Under the pieces are notes generated by a model. That model saw nothing but the letters and a program-made list of their open reading frames with translations, was not told the DNA's origin and ran no database searches. A stretch of 64,000 nt of DNA from an uncultured candidate division Zixibacteria bacterium (lineage in GTDB: Bacteria > Zixibacteria > MSB-5A5 > GN15 > FEB-12), in contig CAWDXE010000001.1 of assembly GCA_963806185.1 (NCBI GenBank), positions 992,001-1,056,000 on the forward strand, written 5' to 3'. Position numbers and translations under genes: made by a program. Positions 7,828 through 17,739 of the stretch are shown here, piece by piece. Numbering within the stretch: position 1 is the stretch's first letter; each line of letters begins with the position of its first letter.

Positions 7828-10104
7828 GTGGTACGCCGAATCAGTTACTTCGTGATATTCATTCTGCTAGTCTCGAGCCCGACGATCTTCGCTGGCGAGT
7901 TCGGAGACACCTTGAAGGCCCGGATGGAGCGGTTGTATGAACTGCCGCTCGACACGACAACCGCCCTCTCGCTTTCGGATGTGACGCTGACTCATCAGGA
8001 TATGACGCTGACAATTGACTCCGGACGAATGGCCTATTTCCAGATGCCGGAGCTTGCCGGTAACACTGAAATCTCGGCCATGTATGTCGAGGGAAGGCTG
8101 CACTTTACCTTCACTCCGACACCGTCGGTAGAGCGAGGTCAACTGAGGCGGTTTTTCGACCGGGATTCACTCGATGTTCCGGTCAGCGCGGCAATTTTGT
8201 TCTGCCGTGCGGATTTCGTCAAGTCGCTCAAGACTTCCGTCGCCCTGCCCTTTTCGCGCGATGATGCCAAGAGCATCGGCAAGCGGCTCGGATCGCTCGA
8301 CGACTTCGATAAAGCCTACAGCTATAGGTTCTCCATCGTGCAGGCGTCGCTGTATCAAGCGGAACGGCCTTTTCTCTATGCGTTCGTCCAGCCCGAAGAG
8401 GGTGACCAGCTTCAGTACATCTTTGATCCCTTCGAGCGGGAACGGGTGCAATTGCGCAAGAGCTACCGTCGGCCCGGCATTGACGCGATGGAACTGATCT
8501 GCTCCTATGCAACGGACTCAAGACACTCAGGTGGTTTTGACGGCCTGCCGCGGGAGCGCTGCCATGCCTCTCACTACAAAACAAACGGTCAGATCGACCG
8601 AAACGGCAAGTACTCCGGATCGGCCGAGATTACCATCACGGCGGATTCAGCGCTTCGCGTAATCGCATTCGACTTTCATGAAATGCTCAAGGTTGACAGC
8701 GTCGTGGCCCCCAGCGGCGCAAAACTGACCTTCAGCCGCTATAAGAATCTATTTCGTTATTGGTATGCGGCGCTGAATGTATACCTTGATTCCACGCTGC
8801 CGGCGGGTTCGACAATCACGCTTACCGCATATTATTCGGGTGACGTGGCGGAACGCTGGGGAAGCGAGTTCGTCGTGAACGCCGGCGCCATGTGGTATCC
8901 GCGCGTCGGATGGTTGAACCGGGCCACCTTTGACATGACCTTCCGCACTATAAGGGAGTTCGCGTTTGTGGCGTGCGGTACGAAGACAAGTGAACGCGAA
9001 GTTGGTGACACGCTTATCACTACGTGGGCAGTCAAGGTACCGACGCATAATGTGTCATTTGCGATCGGTAACTTGAAAAAATACGAATTCGACGATCCGG
9101 CGGCCGGAGTGCTCGACATATATGTCAACGACGAGATCAGGAAATCGGATCGAAAAATGGCCAACGCCGTGAGCGAGGATCTCATTTCTGCCGGCCGCTT
9201 CTTCAAGGAGCGCTTCGGTAGTCTGCCGTATTCCCGCATCACAGCGACGGAGATACTGGATCGCCACGGCGAAGCGTTTGTCGGTTTCCTGCACCTCGGT
9301 TACAATACCTTCACGTCGACAAAGGAGTTCGGCGTTGAGGCAACATTTCGCGCCCACGAACTGGCCCATCAATGGTGGGGGGTCGAAGTAGGCTGGGACA
9401 CCTACCACGATCAGTGGTTGTCAGAGGGATTCTCAACTTACTGTGCTTTGATGTATGTCCAGGCGACTCAGGGCAACGATGTGTTTGTCAGCAAGCTGAT
9501 CGCCGGGCGAAAGGAAATCAACGGCGTCAGAAACTACATTTTCGGCTCGGGCGCCGAATCGGGTCCGATCTATCTGGGGTACCGTACCTCCAGCACCAAA
9601 ACCGAAGGCGACTATCAACTCATCATCTACAAGAAGGCCGCTCTGGTCCTGCACATGCTTCGGACCATGATGCTGGATCTGACCACCCTGCGGGAGGACC
9701 GCTTTTTCGCCATGATGCGGGACTTCTACGAATCCTATCGCGGCAAGAGCGCCTCTACCGACGATTTCCGCCGGGTGGTCGAACGACACGTTGGCGAGGA
9801 AATGGGCTGGTTCTTTGATCAGTGGGTCTACGGCACGGATATTCCCACTATCGATTTCTCATACACACTGGAGCCGGGTGAAAACGGCGCGTACACTGCC
9901 AAGTGCAAAATGGTGACCAGCGATGTTCGCGCGGACTTCTTTGCCTACATCCCGGTGGAAATCCAATTGGATGACAAGGCGAAAGCGTATGTCCGGGCTG
10001 TAATCGACAAGCCAGTCACCGAATTTGCACTCACCTTGCCGCACAAGCCAAAAGGGATTAAATTGAACCCCGGCGAGGCTGTCCTGGCCAACGTGAATCA
10101 GTAA
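7828..10104 (+). CDS. Secreted M1-family (gluzincin) aminopeptidase
   Basis: Signal peptide, AHELAHQWWG, WLSEGFSTY, IYKKAALVLHML, FFDQWVY. Confidence 0.85.
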   Translation: MVRRISYFVIFILLVSSPTIFAGEFGDTLKARMERLYELPLDTTTALSLSDVTLTHQDMTLTIDSGRMAYFQMPELAGNTEISAMYVEGRLHFTFTPTPSVERGQLRRFFDRDSLDVPVSAAILFCRADFVKSLKTSVALPFSRDDAKSIGKRLGSLDDFDKAYSYRFSIVQASLYQAERPFLYAFVQPEEGDQLQYIFDPFERERVQLRKSYRRPGIDAMELICSYATDSRHSGGFDGLPRERCHASHYKTNGQIDRNGKYSGSAEITITADSALRVIAFDFHEMLKVDSVVAPSGAKLTFSRYKNLFRYWYAALNVYLDSTLPAGSTITLTAYYSGDVAERWGSEFVVNAGAMWYPRVGWLNRATFDMTFRTIREFAFVACGTKTSEREVGDTLITTWAVKVPTHNVSFAIGNLKKYEFDDPAAGVLDIYVNDEIRKSDRKMANAVSEDLISAGRFFKERFGSLPYSRITATEILDRHGEAFVGFLHLGYNTFTSTKEFGVEATFRAHELAHQWWGVEVGWDTYHDQWLSEGFSTYCALMYVQATQGNDVFVSKLIAGRKEINGVRNYIFGSGAESGPIYLGYRTSSTKTEGDYQLIIYKKAALVLHMLRTMMLDLTTLREDRFFAMMRDFYESYRGKSASTDDFRRVVERHVGEEMGWFFDQWVYGTDIPTIDFSYTLEPGENGAYTAKCKMVTSDVRADFFAYIPVEIQLDDKAKAYVRAVIDKPVTEFALTLPHKPKGIKLNPGEAVLANVNQ

Positions 10105-10237
10105 ATCAGTTGCTGAGATCATGAATGCTCGGCGCAGATTACTGTCGCACTGTCCGCGTGTGCAACGATGTTCACCTATTGCACATCGGGATGTGCTGCA
10201 ATCCGCGACCCCTCAGCCATGCGTGCGATCAAAACAG

Positions 10238-10266
10238 AAAAAACCCCCGTGTGTCACACGGGGGTT
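10238..10266 (-). terminator. Intrinsic terminator of the TonB receptor-hmuY operon
   Basis: AACCCCCGTGT-GTC-ACACGGGGGTT stem, preceded on + by an A-run (U-tract on -). Confidence 0.8.
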
Positions 10267-10292
10267 CAGTACCAACAGGGTAGGCGAGGAGA

Positions 10293-11390
10293 TCAGAGTT
10301 CTTTCCATTTGAATGTATAATAGCCGCTCGTCAGCACCTCATTGATGGCGGCGTAGTAACTCTGAATCTGCATCTTGTAGACGGCCGTCTCCGTCCGGAT
10401 CAAGTAGACATAATCTTTCGACGTCAGCTCGAAATTGGCGTCGTTGTAATCGTACCAGTTGCGAGTAGTGTCGTTTACGTCTCCATTGAAGATGGAGTTG
10501 TTGTAGTCGGCAAACATGGGTGCCGCTGCCGGATGTTGCGTCACACCGTTGAAATCGGTCGGATTGACCAGTTCGCCATACATCGGAAAGGCCTTGCAGT
10601 TGCCGGGACCGCTGATGCCGCCGTTGGTGCGAACCTCGTAGTTGGAGAAACTGATATCCCAACCGGTGGAAGTTTCCGGATTCGGCGGTGTTACTGCCGC
10701 GCCGGAAGAGAAATCAAAATAGCCGGTACCGCTCCCGACTGTGATGAGCGCCGTGTCAGGTGTGCCGGTAAGGGAATTCAGGTTTGCCGTCGGCTGGTAG
10801 ACGTAGATCAGTTTGACTGTCCCCATACTGCTCTGCCCCGGCCCTATGAGGGAGTCGATCTTGAACTTGATGAAATTGTCCCCCTCGGCATCGACCATCG
10901 TATACACATAATCGTTCATGGCCAGCGAGTGCGTTTGAAAATTGTAGATGTACCAGTTGTCGACGATCAGCTTGGCCGTGTCTTCCGCCCAATGTGCGCC
11001 GGTAGTGTCCGCGATTGTGACGGCGTCAAAATTGGTCGTGGAGAGTTTGGCCCCCTCCACCGAACCACTGTTTTCGGCAGAGGCACCGCCGTTTAGGTTG
11101 AGCGTGTAGCGCAACATGGAGATGTCCCAGTCGGCAGTCGTGAGCGCAATCTTCGGCAGCGCCGTCACCATCGAGTCAAACGAGTAATACTGCGGATCGG
11201 TGTGGCTGGACGCGTTGATTTTGGTGGTGTAGACACTATCGGCGGCGCTGTATAGCGTCGTATCTCGGTAGGCGCCGCTGTGTCCGCTGCCGGTCGGCGT
11301 GTTGTCGTCGGAACAACCAGCCACACCGGCAATGAGAGCGGCGAATCCAACCGCCATCAAGAGTCGTTTCATGATCCTGTTTCCTTTCAT
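10293..11390 (-). CDS. HmuY-family lipoprotein with two HmuY-like domains (probable heme/metal-cofactor binding)
   Basis: Lipobox VAG-C. The pattern YYSF/YFDF, WDISM/WDISF, LNGG/TNGG, WYxY, YV and K(F/M)(K/Q)I occurs twice. C-terminal YYTFKW; downstream of a TonB receptor. Start at 11390 or 11372. Confidence 0.75.
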   Translation of the reverse strand: MKGNRIMKRLLMAVGFAALIAGVAGCSDDNTPTGSGHSGAYRDTTLYSAADSVYTTKINASSHTDPQYYSFDSMVTALPKIALTTADWDISMLRYTLNLNGGASAENSGSVEGAKLSTTNFDAVTIADTTGAHWAEDTAKLIVDNWYIYNFQTHSLAMNDYVYTMVDAEGDNFIKFKIDSLIGPGQSSMGTVKLIYVYQPTANLNSLTGTPDTALITVGSGTGYFDFSSGAAVTPPNPETSTGWDISFSNYEVRTNGGISGPGNCKAFPMYGELVNPTDFNGVTQHPAAAPMFADYNNSIFNGDVNDTTRNWYDYNDANFELTSKDYVYLIRTETAVYKMQIQSYYAAINEVLTSGYYTFKWKEL

Positions 11391-11400
11391 ATTTCGTCTC

Positions 11401-13641
11401 CTAGTGAATAGACAAGTCGTACTTAAAGCCGGCAAATACCTGCCGCCCCGGCCAGTAGCCGTAGGTGACATTGGTGCGATCGAAGATATTGTCCAGCCGC
11501 ACAAACGCCTCTATGTCGCCCATGCGATGGAAGGTATTGAGCGAGATCACCGTCCGAGCCGGCGCCCATTCCGGATTTGCCTCCTGTTCGCCGGTATTGG
11601 ATCGCGACACCCAGAGCTTCTTTGATTCGTAATTCACCCAGCAAGTCCCGCCCCAGCGGCTGTCCCTGGTCATAGCCGAGAACATCACCTTGGCCGTGTG
11701 CGCGGGGCGATTGAGCAGTTCCTCCCCCGTTTTCAGATTGCGTGATTTCAGATAGGTATATGACAGGGAAAGGTCACAACCAGCGAGCATCTTCACGCGC
11801 GACTCCCACTCGATCCCCTGAGTGTAGGCCCGCTCGACATTCTGATACATATAAACACCGCGCCAGTAGGATGGCGTGAAACCAAGCAATGTGAAGTCAA
11901 TCATATCATTCAAATGGTTGTAATAGTAGGTCAGGCGGTGCAGGCCGATTGAGCCGTAGGAAAACTCCACCGAGACGGCACTATTGATAGAGGTTTCCTC
12001 CAAGAGTGGTCGATAGTCCTTTGGCTGCGGCATTTCCGGCGGCAAGGCCACCTCTCCCCCATAAACCACGTAGCCGGCAGCGCTGTGATCGAATATGAAA
12101 TACTGCTCCTTGATTGACGGTGCCCGGAACCCCTTGCCGACAAAGCCGCGAAACTTCAGTGCATCCGACGACTTGTACATCAGATTGAACGACGGATTGA
12201 AGTGCGTCCCGAAACTGGAATGATGTTCGTACCGGGCGCCGGGGAGCACTGTCAACGAGTTAAACAGATCAATTTCGTACTGCAGATATCCGGCGGTCGA
12301 TCTGTCGGCCTGTTTCGAATGGTCGAGCTCGCTTGAGACCAAATCCTGATAGGCGTAATCAAGACCGTAAGTGACGACGTGCTTGTCACCGATGACATAG
12401 TTTGACGTGTAGGAGGCCTCGAAGTACTTGTCCTTGGTGTCCGATGTGTCCACCCAGGTGCCGTACTGGGCGCCAAATTTCTTCCAGAGATGGTTGTACA
12501 ACGATCCGTAGAGCCGCAGCTTCATTGAGTACTTGTCGCCGGAGAGATAATCGAGCGATGCCGAACCGTCGTAGCGGTGATTGGTCTCGCGATCGTTGTA
12601 CACGATATCGACATCCCCCAGTCCTCCCTCCTCGATCCATTTGCGCTTTTCGTACATGAAGCGACCGGAAGTAACCAGATTCAACTTCTTAGAGAGACGG
12701 TGTGTCGACTTGGCGTCGCAGTTCCACCGGTCAATCGCATCCTGACCGTTGGTATGCCGAGTCGTCTTGTCGAGATCGAAGCCGGCCGTGTGATAGTACC
12801 GTGCTCCCGCGGTGACGCCGAAGTTGGCCTTGCCGTAATCGAGTTGGAGAGACGGATTAGCCGACGAAAACGTACCGTAGTCCAGGTATAGATTACCGCG
12901 CACTTGATCATAGGCAGGCTTTCGGGTGATGATATTAATGACCCCGCCGATCGCATCCGAGCCATACAGCGTCGAGCCGGTCCCCTTCACAATCTCAATC
13001 TTCTCGACATTGGTGAGCGCAAACTGGCTGAGATCAATGGAGCCATTGACCCTTCCAACAGCCCGCTCGCCGTCGATCATCACCAGCACGCGATCGCCTT
13101 CGACCCCCCGCATGGTCGCACCGCTCCCGGAGAAATCATTGTTGATATTGACGCCAATCGCGGCGTTAAGCGCTTCGTCGACCGTGGTTGCACCAGTGCG
13201 CTTAAAGTCGGCCGGCGTCACCACCTCAGTCTGCACCGGCACATTCTTCAACAGGTGAGGTGATCGGGTACCGGTGACGACGACGTCGTTCAGCACCCAC
13301 GGTGACGATTTCAGGGTGATGACAATGTCAGTGGATGACGGCACATTGACGTGCACCGTGTCGCTGTGATCATAGCCGACGTGTGAAGCGATCAACGCGT
13401 AGTCACCTTCCGGAAGATTGGGGAAACGGAAGGTTCCCTCCTTGTCGGTGGCGGTCGCCCGGCCGTTAGGCACGAGCCGGACGGTTACGTCGCGCAATAC
13501 CGTCCGCGTGTCGGCGTCTATAGTCTTGCCGCTCAATTCGGCCGCAGACAGGGAGGTCGAAACGAAAAGAAATCCAAGTGCGACACACAGCCGGAGAGCC
13601 ATTAATCGCGTCGCCCGGCAGCCAATCTTGGTCGTGTTCAT
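11401..13641 (-). CDS. TonB-dependent outer-membrane receptor (HmuR-like by context)
   Basis: N-terminal carboxypeptidase-regulatory-like domain, VVVTGTRS, plug VLVMIDGE, IEIVKGTGSTLYGSDAIGGVINIIT, GFRAPS, DNIFD, terminal GFKYDL. Start uncertain (13641 or 13602). Confidence 0.9.
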   Translation of the reverse strand: MNTTKIGCRATRLMALRLCVALGFLFVSTSLSAAELSGKTIDADTRTVLRDVTVRLVPNGRATATDKEGTFRFPNLPEGDYALIASHVGYDHSDTVHVNVPSSTDIVITLKSSPWVLNDVVVTGTRSPHLLKNVPVQTEVVTPADFKRTGATTVDEALNAAIGVNINNDFSGSGATMRGVEGDRVLVMIDGERAVGRVNGSIDLSQFALTNVEKIEIVKGTGSTLYGSDAIGGVINIITRKPAYDQVRGNLYLDYGTFSSANPSLQLDYGKANFGVTAGARYYHTAGFDLDKTTRHTNGQDAIDRWNCDAKSTHRLSKKLNLVTSGRFMYEKRKWIEEGGLGDVDIVYNDRETNHRYDGSASLDYLSGDKYSMKLRLYGSLYNHLWKKFGAQYGTWVDTSDTKDKYFEASYTSNYVIGDKHVVTYGLDYAYQDLVSSELDHSKQADRSTAGYLQYEIDLFNSLTVLPGARYEHHSSFGTHFNPSFNLMYKSSDALKFRGFVGKGFRAPSIKEQYFIFDHSAAGYVVYGGEVALPPEMPQPKDYRPLLEETSINSAVSVEFSYGSIGLHRLTYYYNHLNDMIDFTLLGFTPSYWRGVYMYQNVERAYTQGIEWESRVKMLAGCDLSLSYTYLKSRNLKTGEELLNRPAHTAKVMFSAMTRDSRWGGTCWVNYESKKLWVSRSNTGEQEANPEWAPARTVISLNTFHRMGDIEAFVRLDNIFDRTNVTYGYWPGRQVFAGFKYDLSIH

Positions 13642-13773
13642 ACCGGCCAAAAGTACAGTTGTTGGCCCCGACTTTGTCATCCATCTGTCATGAACGCGGC
13701 CCGAACCGACCATTTTTGTATGTTTTTTCGTGTTGCCCTGAAAGGAATTAGAGAAATGCGAGAGAATTAGTCG

Positions 13774-14721
13774 TCAACGACTGAACTTGCGGACAGCCCG
13801 TTCAAAGGCCGGTGAAGTCAGCTTCTTTGTCACTGTAGCCAGCGCCCTGAGGTCACGCGGAGTGAGCTTGTTGAGCCGATTGGCGAAGGCTCCGGAGGCA
13901 ACCTCCTGATAGATCTTTTCCATCCGTCTGCGCACGGAACCGTCGATCAACACCGGCCCAGTCGTCGCCGAACCATAGCGTGCCGCGACGGAGATACGAT
14001 CAAACATCCCTGAGATGCCGAATTGTTTGATGAGCGCGATAATCAGGTCGAGCTGGTAAGCGACCTCAAGGTATGCATGCTCCGGCTTGATCCGCTTTTT
14101 GACAAGTGTCTCAAAACCGGCATGCACCAGCGAGGCCAGTCCACCGCACAGCACCGCCTGCTCGCCGAAGATGTCGCCGATAGCCTCATCGCGAAATGTT
14201 GTCTTGATCAGCCGCTTTGCCTTGAATCCACATGCCTCGGCCAGCGCAAAGACCGTCGATCTGGCTTGTCTGGATCGATTCTGGTGGATGGCATAGAAAG
14301 CCGAGACGGATTCATTGCCCAGGAATTTCTGCCTGACCGCCAACCCCGGCGCGTGCGGCGCGATGAGCACGACATCGCTCGACTTCGGCGGTCTTACAAA
14401 ACCAAAGTGTACCGACAGACCATGCAGAAACCAGAGCGTCGCGTTGCTCTTCAGATTCGATTTGATCTGGGCGTCGTGCACCCGCCCGTGCAGGTAGTCG
14501 GGAAAGGCGAAGCAGACGATATCGCCCCGAGCGGACGCCTCAGCCACCGTCGCGATGTTTGTGAATCCGTCGCGACGGGCCAGTTTACGGCCGGCGGAAC
14601 GTGGACGCAGGCCGATGATCACCTCGTACCCGGAGTCGCGCAGGTTGAGCGCCAGCGAACGCCCCTGCGATCCATACCCGAGCATGGCCACTGATTTTTT
14701 CGCTTTTGGTCGTCGCGGCAT
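13774..14721 (-). CDS. ilvC: Ketol-acid reductoisomerase
   Basis: GYGSQG, LNLRDSG, APHAPG, TTFRDE, DIFGEQAVLCGG, AYLE, ARYG. Confidence 0.92.
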   Translation of the reverse strand: MPRRPKAKKSVAMLGYGSQGRSLALNLRDSGYEVIIGLRPRSAGRKLARRDGFTNIATVAEASARGDIVCFAFPDYLHGRVHDAQIKSNLKSNATLWFLHGLSVHFGFVRPPKSSDVVLIAPHAPGLAVRQKFLGNESVSAFYAIHQNRSRQARSTVFALAEACGFKAKRLIKTTFRDEAIGDIFGEQAVLCGGLASLVHAGFETLVKKRIKPEHAYLEVAYQLDLIIALIKQFGISGMFDRISVAARYGSATTGPVLIDGSVRRRMEKIYQEVASGAFANRLNKLTPRDLRALATVTKKLTSPAFERAVRKFSR

Positions 14722-14768
14722 TGGGGTAATATACGGTTCAAGTCTGCATTTGCCAACGGGACGTACGG

Positions 14769-15656
14769 ATGGACACGCAGTACAAAGCGATGCTCGAATT
14801 AGTCAGGACTGCACTGGCCGAGGATATCGGCCGGGGGGACTTGACGTCGCAGGCTTGCCTTGAGCCCAATCCTGCCAAAGCACGGGTGGTTGCCAAGTCG
14901 CCCGGCATCGTCTCCGGTCTGGCCCCCGCTCTGCTTGCGTTCGAGATCGTCGATTCCGCCAACGTTGTGGTTCCGGCCAAAAAAGACGGCGATTCTTTCT
15001 CGGTCGGGGATATCATCATCGATATCGACGGGTTCAATCAGACCGTCCTCGCCTCCGAGCGTGTCGCACTCAATTTCCTGGGTCATCTCAGTGGGATCGC
15101 CACCATGACTCATGAATTCGTGAAGCGAATCGAAGCCGTGAATCCCAATTGCCGCATTCTTGACACCCGCAAGACCACCCCCGGCCTGCGCTTCCTGGAA
15201 AAACAGGCGGTCGCCCACGGCGGCGGCACCAACCACCGATTCGGCCTGTATGACATGGTCCTCATCAAGGACAACCATATCGCTTCGTGCGGTTCCATCA
15301 TGGAAGCGGTCGTGCGCACGCGCGAATTTCTCGCCTCGCGCGATTTCCGAATTCAGTTTGACACCGACGCCGCACGAATTCTGATCGAGGTTGAGGTCAC
15401 CAATGAGGTGCAATTGACCGAAGCGGTCGAGGCGCGGGTGGATCGACTTTTACTCGACAACCAGACGCCCGAATCGCTCAGGAACTTGGTAGAATTGGCC
15501 AAGCGACTCGATCCGAGTGTTCACCTGGAGGCCTCGGGTAATGTCCGCCTTGAGAATGTTGCCGCTATGGCCGCCAGCGGCGTGGATTTCATTTCTATCG
15601 GCGCCCTTACGCACTCTGCCCCGGTGTCGGACTTTTCATTGAAGATCGTCCCATGA
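14769..15656 (+). CDS. nadC: Nicotinate-nucleotide pyrophosphorylase (carboxylating)
   Basis: ALAEDIGRGDLT, ERVALNFL, DTRKTTPG, NHRFGLYD, LIKDNH, LLDN, EASG, SIGALTHS. Confidence 0.96.
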   Translation: MDTQYKAMLELVRTALAEDIGRGDLTSQACLEPNPAKARVVAKSPGIVSGLAPALLAFEIVDSANVVVPAKKDGDSFSVGDIIIDIDGFNQTVLASERVALNFLGHLSGIATMTHEFVKRIEAVNPNCRILDTRKTTPGLRFLEKQAVAHGGGTNHRFGLYDMVLIKDNHIASCGSIMEAVVRTREFLASRDFRIQFDTDAARILIEVEVTNEVQLTEAVEARVDRLLLDNQTPESLRNLVELAKRLDPSVHLEASGNVRLENVAAMAASGVDFISIGALTHSAPVSDFSLKIVP

Positions 15657-16645
15657 TAACTACGCCGGACGAACAACTGGCCGATCGGATTCTGTCACGC
15701 ATCCGTCGCTCGCCGCTAAAGGCCTATTCCTACGTCGATCTGGCCAAGGGGGCCAAAGCGACAGTCGACCAGGTGGCTGACGCCGTCCGCCAGATTCAAG
15801 CGTGGGGGTACAAACCGCGCGTCCGCAAACAGACAATAGCCTTTGTGCGGGGGGCGGACCTTCTCACCGCCACGGAAATCCGTTACGGTCTGAAAACCAA
15901 ACTCATCGGCAAACAGGTGGTTGCCTATGGCACGGTGAGATCTACGAACGATCTCGCTTCGCAGATGGCCGACAATGGTGCGCCGGAGGGAACCATCGTC
16001 ACCGCCGAACAACAGACCAAAGGGCGCGGGCGCTTTGGCCGAAGCTGGCACTCACCGGCCGGGCTTGGCATCTACCTCTCCATCATCCTTCGCCCCAAGT
16101 TCCCACCCGAACGGGCGCCGGGGGTTTCGCTGATGACCGCCCTGGCCGTGGCTGACACGATCGCCCGCCACTGCAAAAGCCAGGTGCAGGTGAAATGGCC
16201 CAACGATATCCTCATCGGTGGCAAGAAAACGTCGGGTATTCTCACCGAACTCTCCGCCGAACGAGGCCACATTGATCATCTCATTGTGGGGATTGGCATC
16301 AATGTCAACCATGGGGTCGCACATTTTCCGGAGGAACTGCGGACGACAGCCACGTCAGTCCGACGCGCCTTGCGCCGGAAAGTGAATCGAGTCGGACTGC
16401 TACGCGAACTCCTGGTTCGATTCGAGGCGGAGTATGCGGAATACCAGAAACACGGCCTGAAGAATTCCCAGAAACGTCTGCGCAAATACTCATCCTTACT
16501 GGGCAAGACAATCCAGTTGGCATCCGGCACCAGCATCGTTTCCGGGCAGGCGATCGACATAGATGCCAATGGCTGTCTGATAGTCGAATCCGCCGAAGGC
16601 CGCCACCAGATCGTCGCCGGCGAGGTGACGGTGGTGAAAGAGTAA
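15653..16645 (+). CDS. birA: Biotin-protein ligase with N-terminal putative HTH
   Basis: STND, AEQQTKGRGRFGRSWHSP, KWPND, KTSGILTE, GIGIN. ATGA overlap with nadC. Confidence 0.95.
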   Translation: MITTPDEQLADRILSRIRRSPLKAYSYVDLAKGAKATVDQVADAVRQIQAWGYKPRVRKQTIAFVRGADLLTATEIRYGLKTKLIGKQVVAYGTVRSTNDLASQMADNGAPEGTIVTAEQQTKGRGRFGRSWHSPAGLGIYLSIILRPKFPPERAPGVSLMTALAVADTIARHCKSQVQVKWPNDILIGGKKTSGILTELSAERGHIDHLIVGIGINVNHGVAHFPEELRTTATSVRRALRRKVNRVGLLRELLVRFEAEYAEYQKHGLKNSQKRLRKYSSLLGKTIQLASGTSIVSGQAIDIDANGCLIVESAEGRHQIVAGEVTVVKE

Positions 16646-16668
16646 CTGTCGAAAGGTAGATTATCAAT

Positions 16669-17094
16669 ATGACCACCCTGACCACTAAAATTGCCTGGGC
16701 CGGCGGACTCGCCTTTGAAGGCACCTCCACCTTCGGCCACAAGATTCGCACCGACGTCAAACGCGAGGCCGGCGGCGAGGAATCCGGCCACCGCCCCACC
16801 GAGTTGCTGCTCTATGCCATCGCCTCCTGCACCGGCGTCGACATCGTCAATATCCTGCGCAAACAACGTCAGGACTTGACCGGCCTTGAAATCGAAGTCA
16901 TCGGCACCCAGCGCGATGAATACCCCAAGGCGTTTGTCCATATCGAAATCAAGTACACCGCGCATGGAAACAACCTCGATCCGGCCAAAGTCGCCCAGGC
17001 GATCGAACTTTCGGAGAGCAAGTACTGCTCAGTAAGCGAAACCGTCCGGCGGGAGACCCACATCGAAACGAAGTTTGACATCCTCCCGGCCTGA
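16669..17094 (+). CDS. OsmC/YhfA family protein
   Basis: RPTELLLYAIASCTGVD and SESKYCSVS. Confidence 0.88.
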   Translation: MTTLTTKIAWAGGLAFEGTSTFGHKIRTDVKREAGGEESGHRPTELLLYAIASCTGVDIVNILRKQRQDLTGLEIEVIGTQRDEYPKAFVHIEIKYTAHGNNLDPAKVAQAIELSESKYCSVSETVRRETHIETKFDILPA

Positions 17095-17138
17095 ATCATT
17101 TCGGATCACTCGCTGTCTAACCGTAAAGAGAGGAAACT

Positions 17139-17528
17139 ATGAAAGATCAGTTGAAATACGAAATCACCAGCGACAAACCGTTTGACACCGTTGTGGCCAA
17201 TATCGAACGCCTCGTTCCCGAAAAACAATTCCGCGTCCTGCATATTCACGACGTCAAAGCGACGCTCGAAGAAAAGGGATTCTACCGCGATTCGCTGAAA
17301 ATCATCGAGGTCTGCAACGCCGGCTTCGCCAGTCAGGCTCTCCAAAAGGATGTCGACGTCGCCCTCTTCATGCCCTGCAAGTTCTCCGTCTACGTGGTGA
17401 ACGGGAAGACGCATGTTTCCCTGGCGCGGCCGTCGATGATATCGCAAATGTTGCCCCAATCCGGCTTGAATGAACTGGCCGAATCGGTGGAAAAGACACT
17501 CAAAGAGGTCATGCACGCGGCTGTCTGA
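17139..17528 (+). CDS. DUF302 domain protein
   Basis: [34 protein letters not shown]. Confidence 0.8.
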   Translation: MKDQLKYEITSDKPFDTVVANIERLVPEKQFRVLHIHDVKATLEEKGFYRDSLKIIEVCNAGFASQALQKDVDVALFMPCKFSVYVVNGKTHVSLARPSMISQMLPQSGLNELAESVEKTLKEVMHAAV

Positions 17529-17739
17529 CCCTTCGCCGATTCTTCTGCTGCCCCCATTTGCCCGTTTCACATTGACTTCTGTAAGTTTTTCATTACCTTA
17601 CAGTTGTCTCGCCTCGCGACGCTGCCCTGGCCGCGCCCACGATCCTCATCGCGACGACACAACGATTGCTCGACAACAGTCAAGATCACCGGTCTTGCCT
17701 ATTAGGTACCCATCTTTTTGTCCGCCTGAGGAGGGTGAC

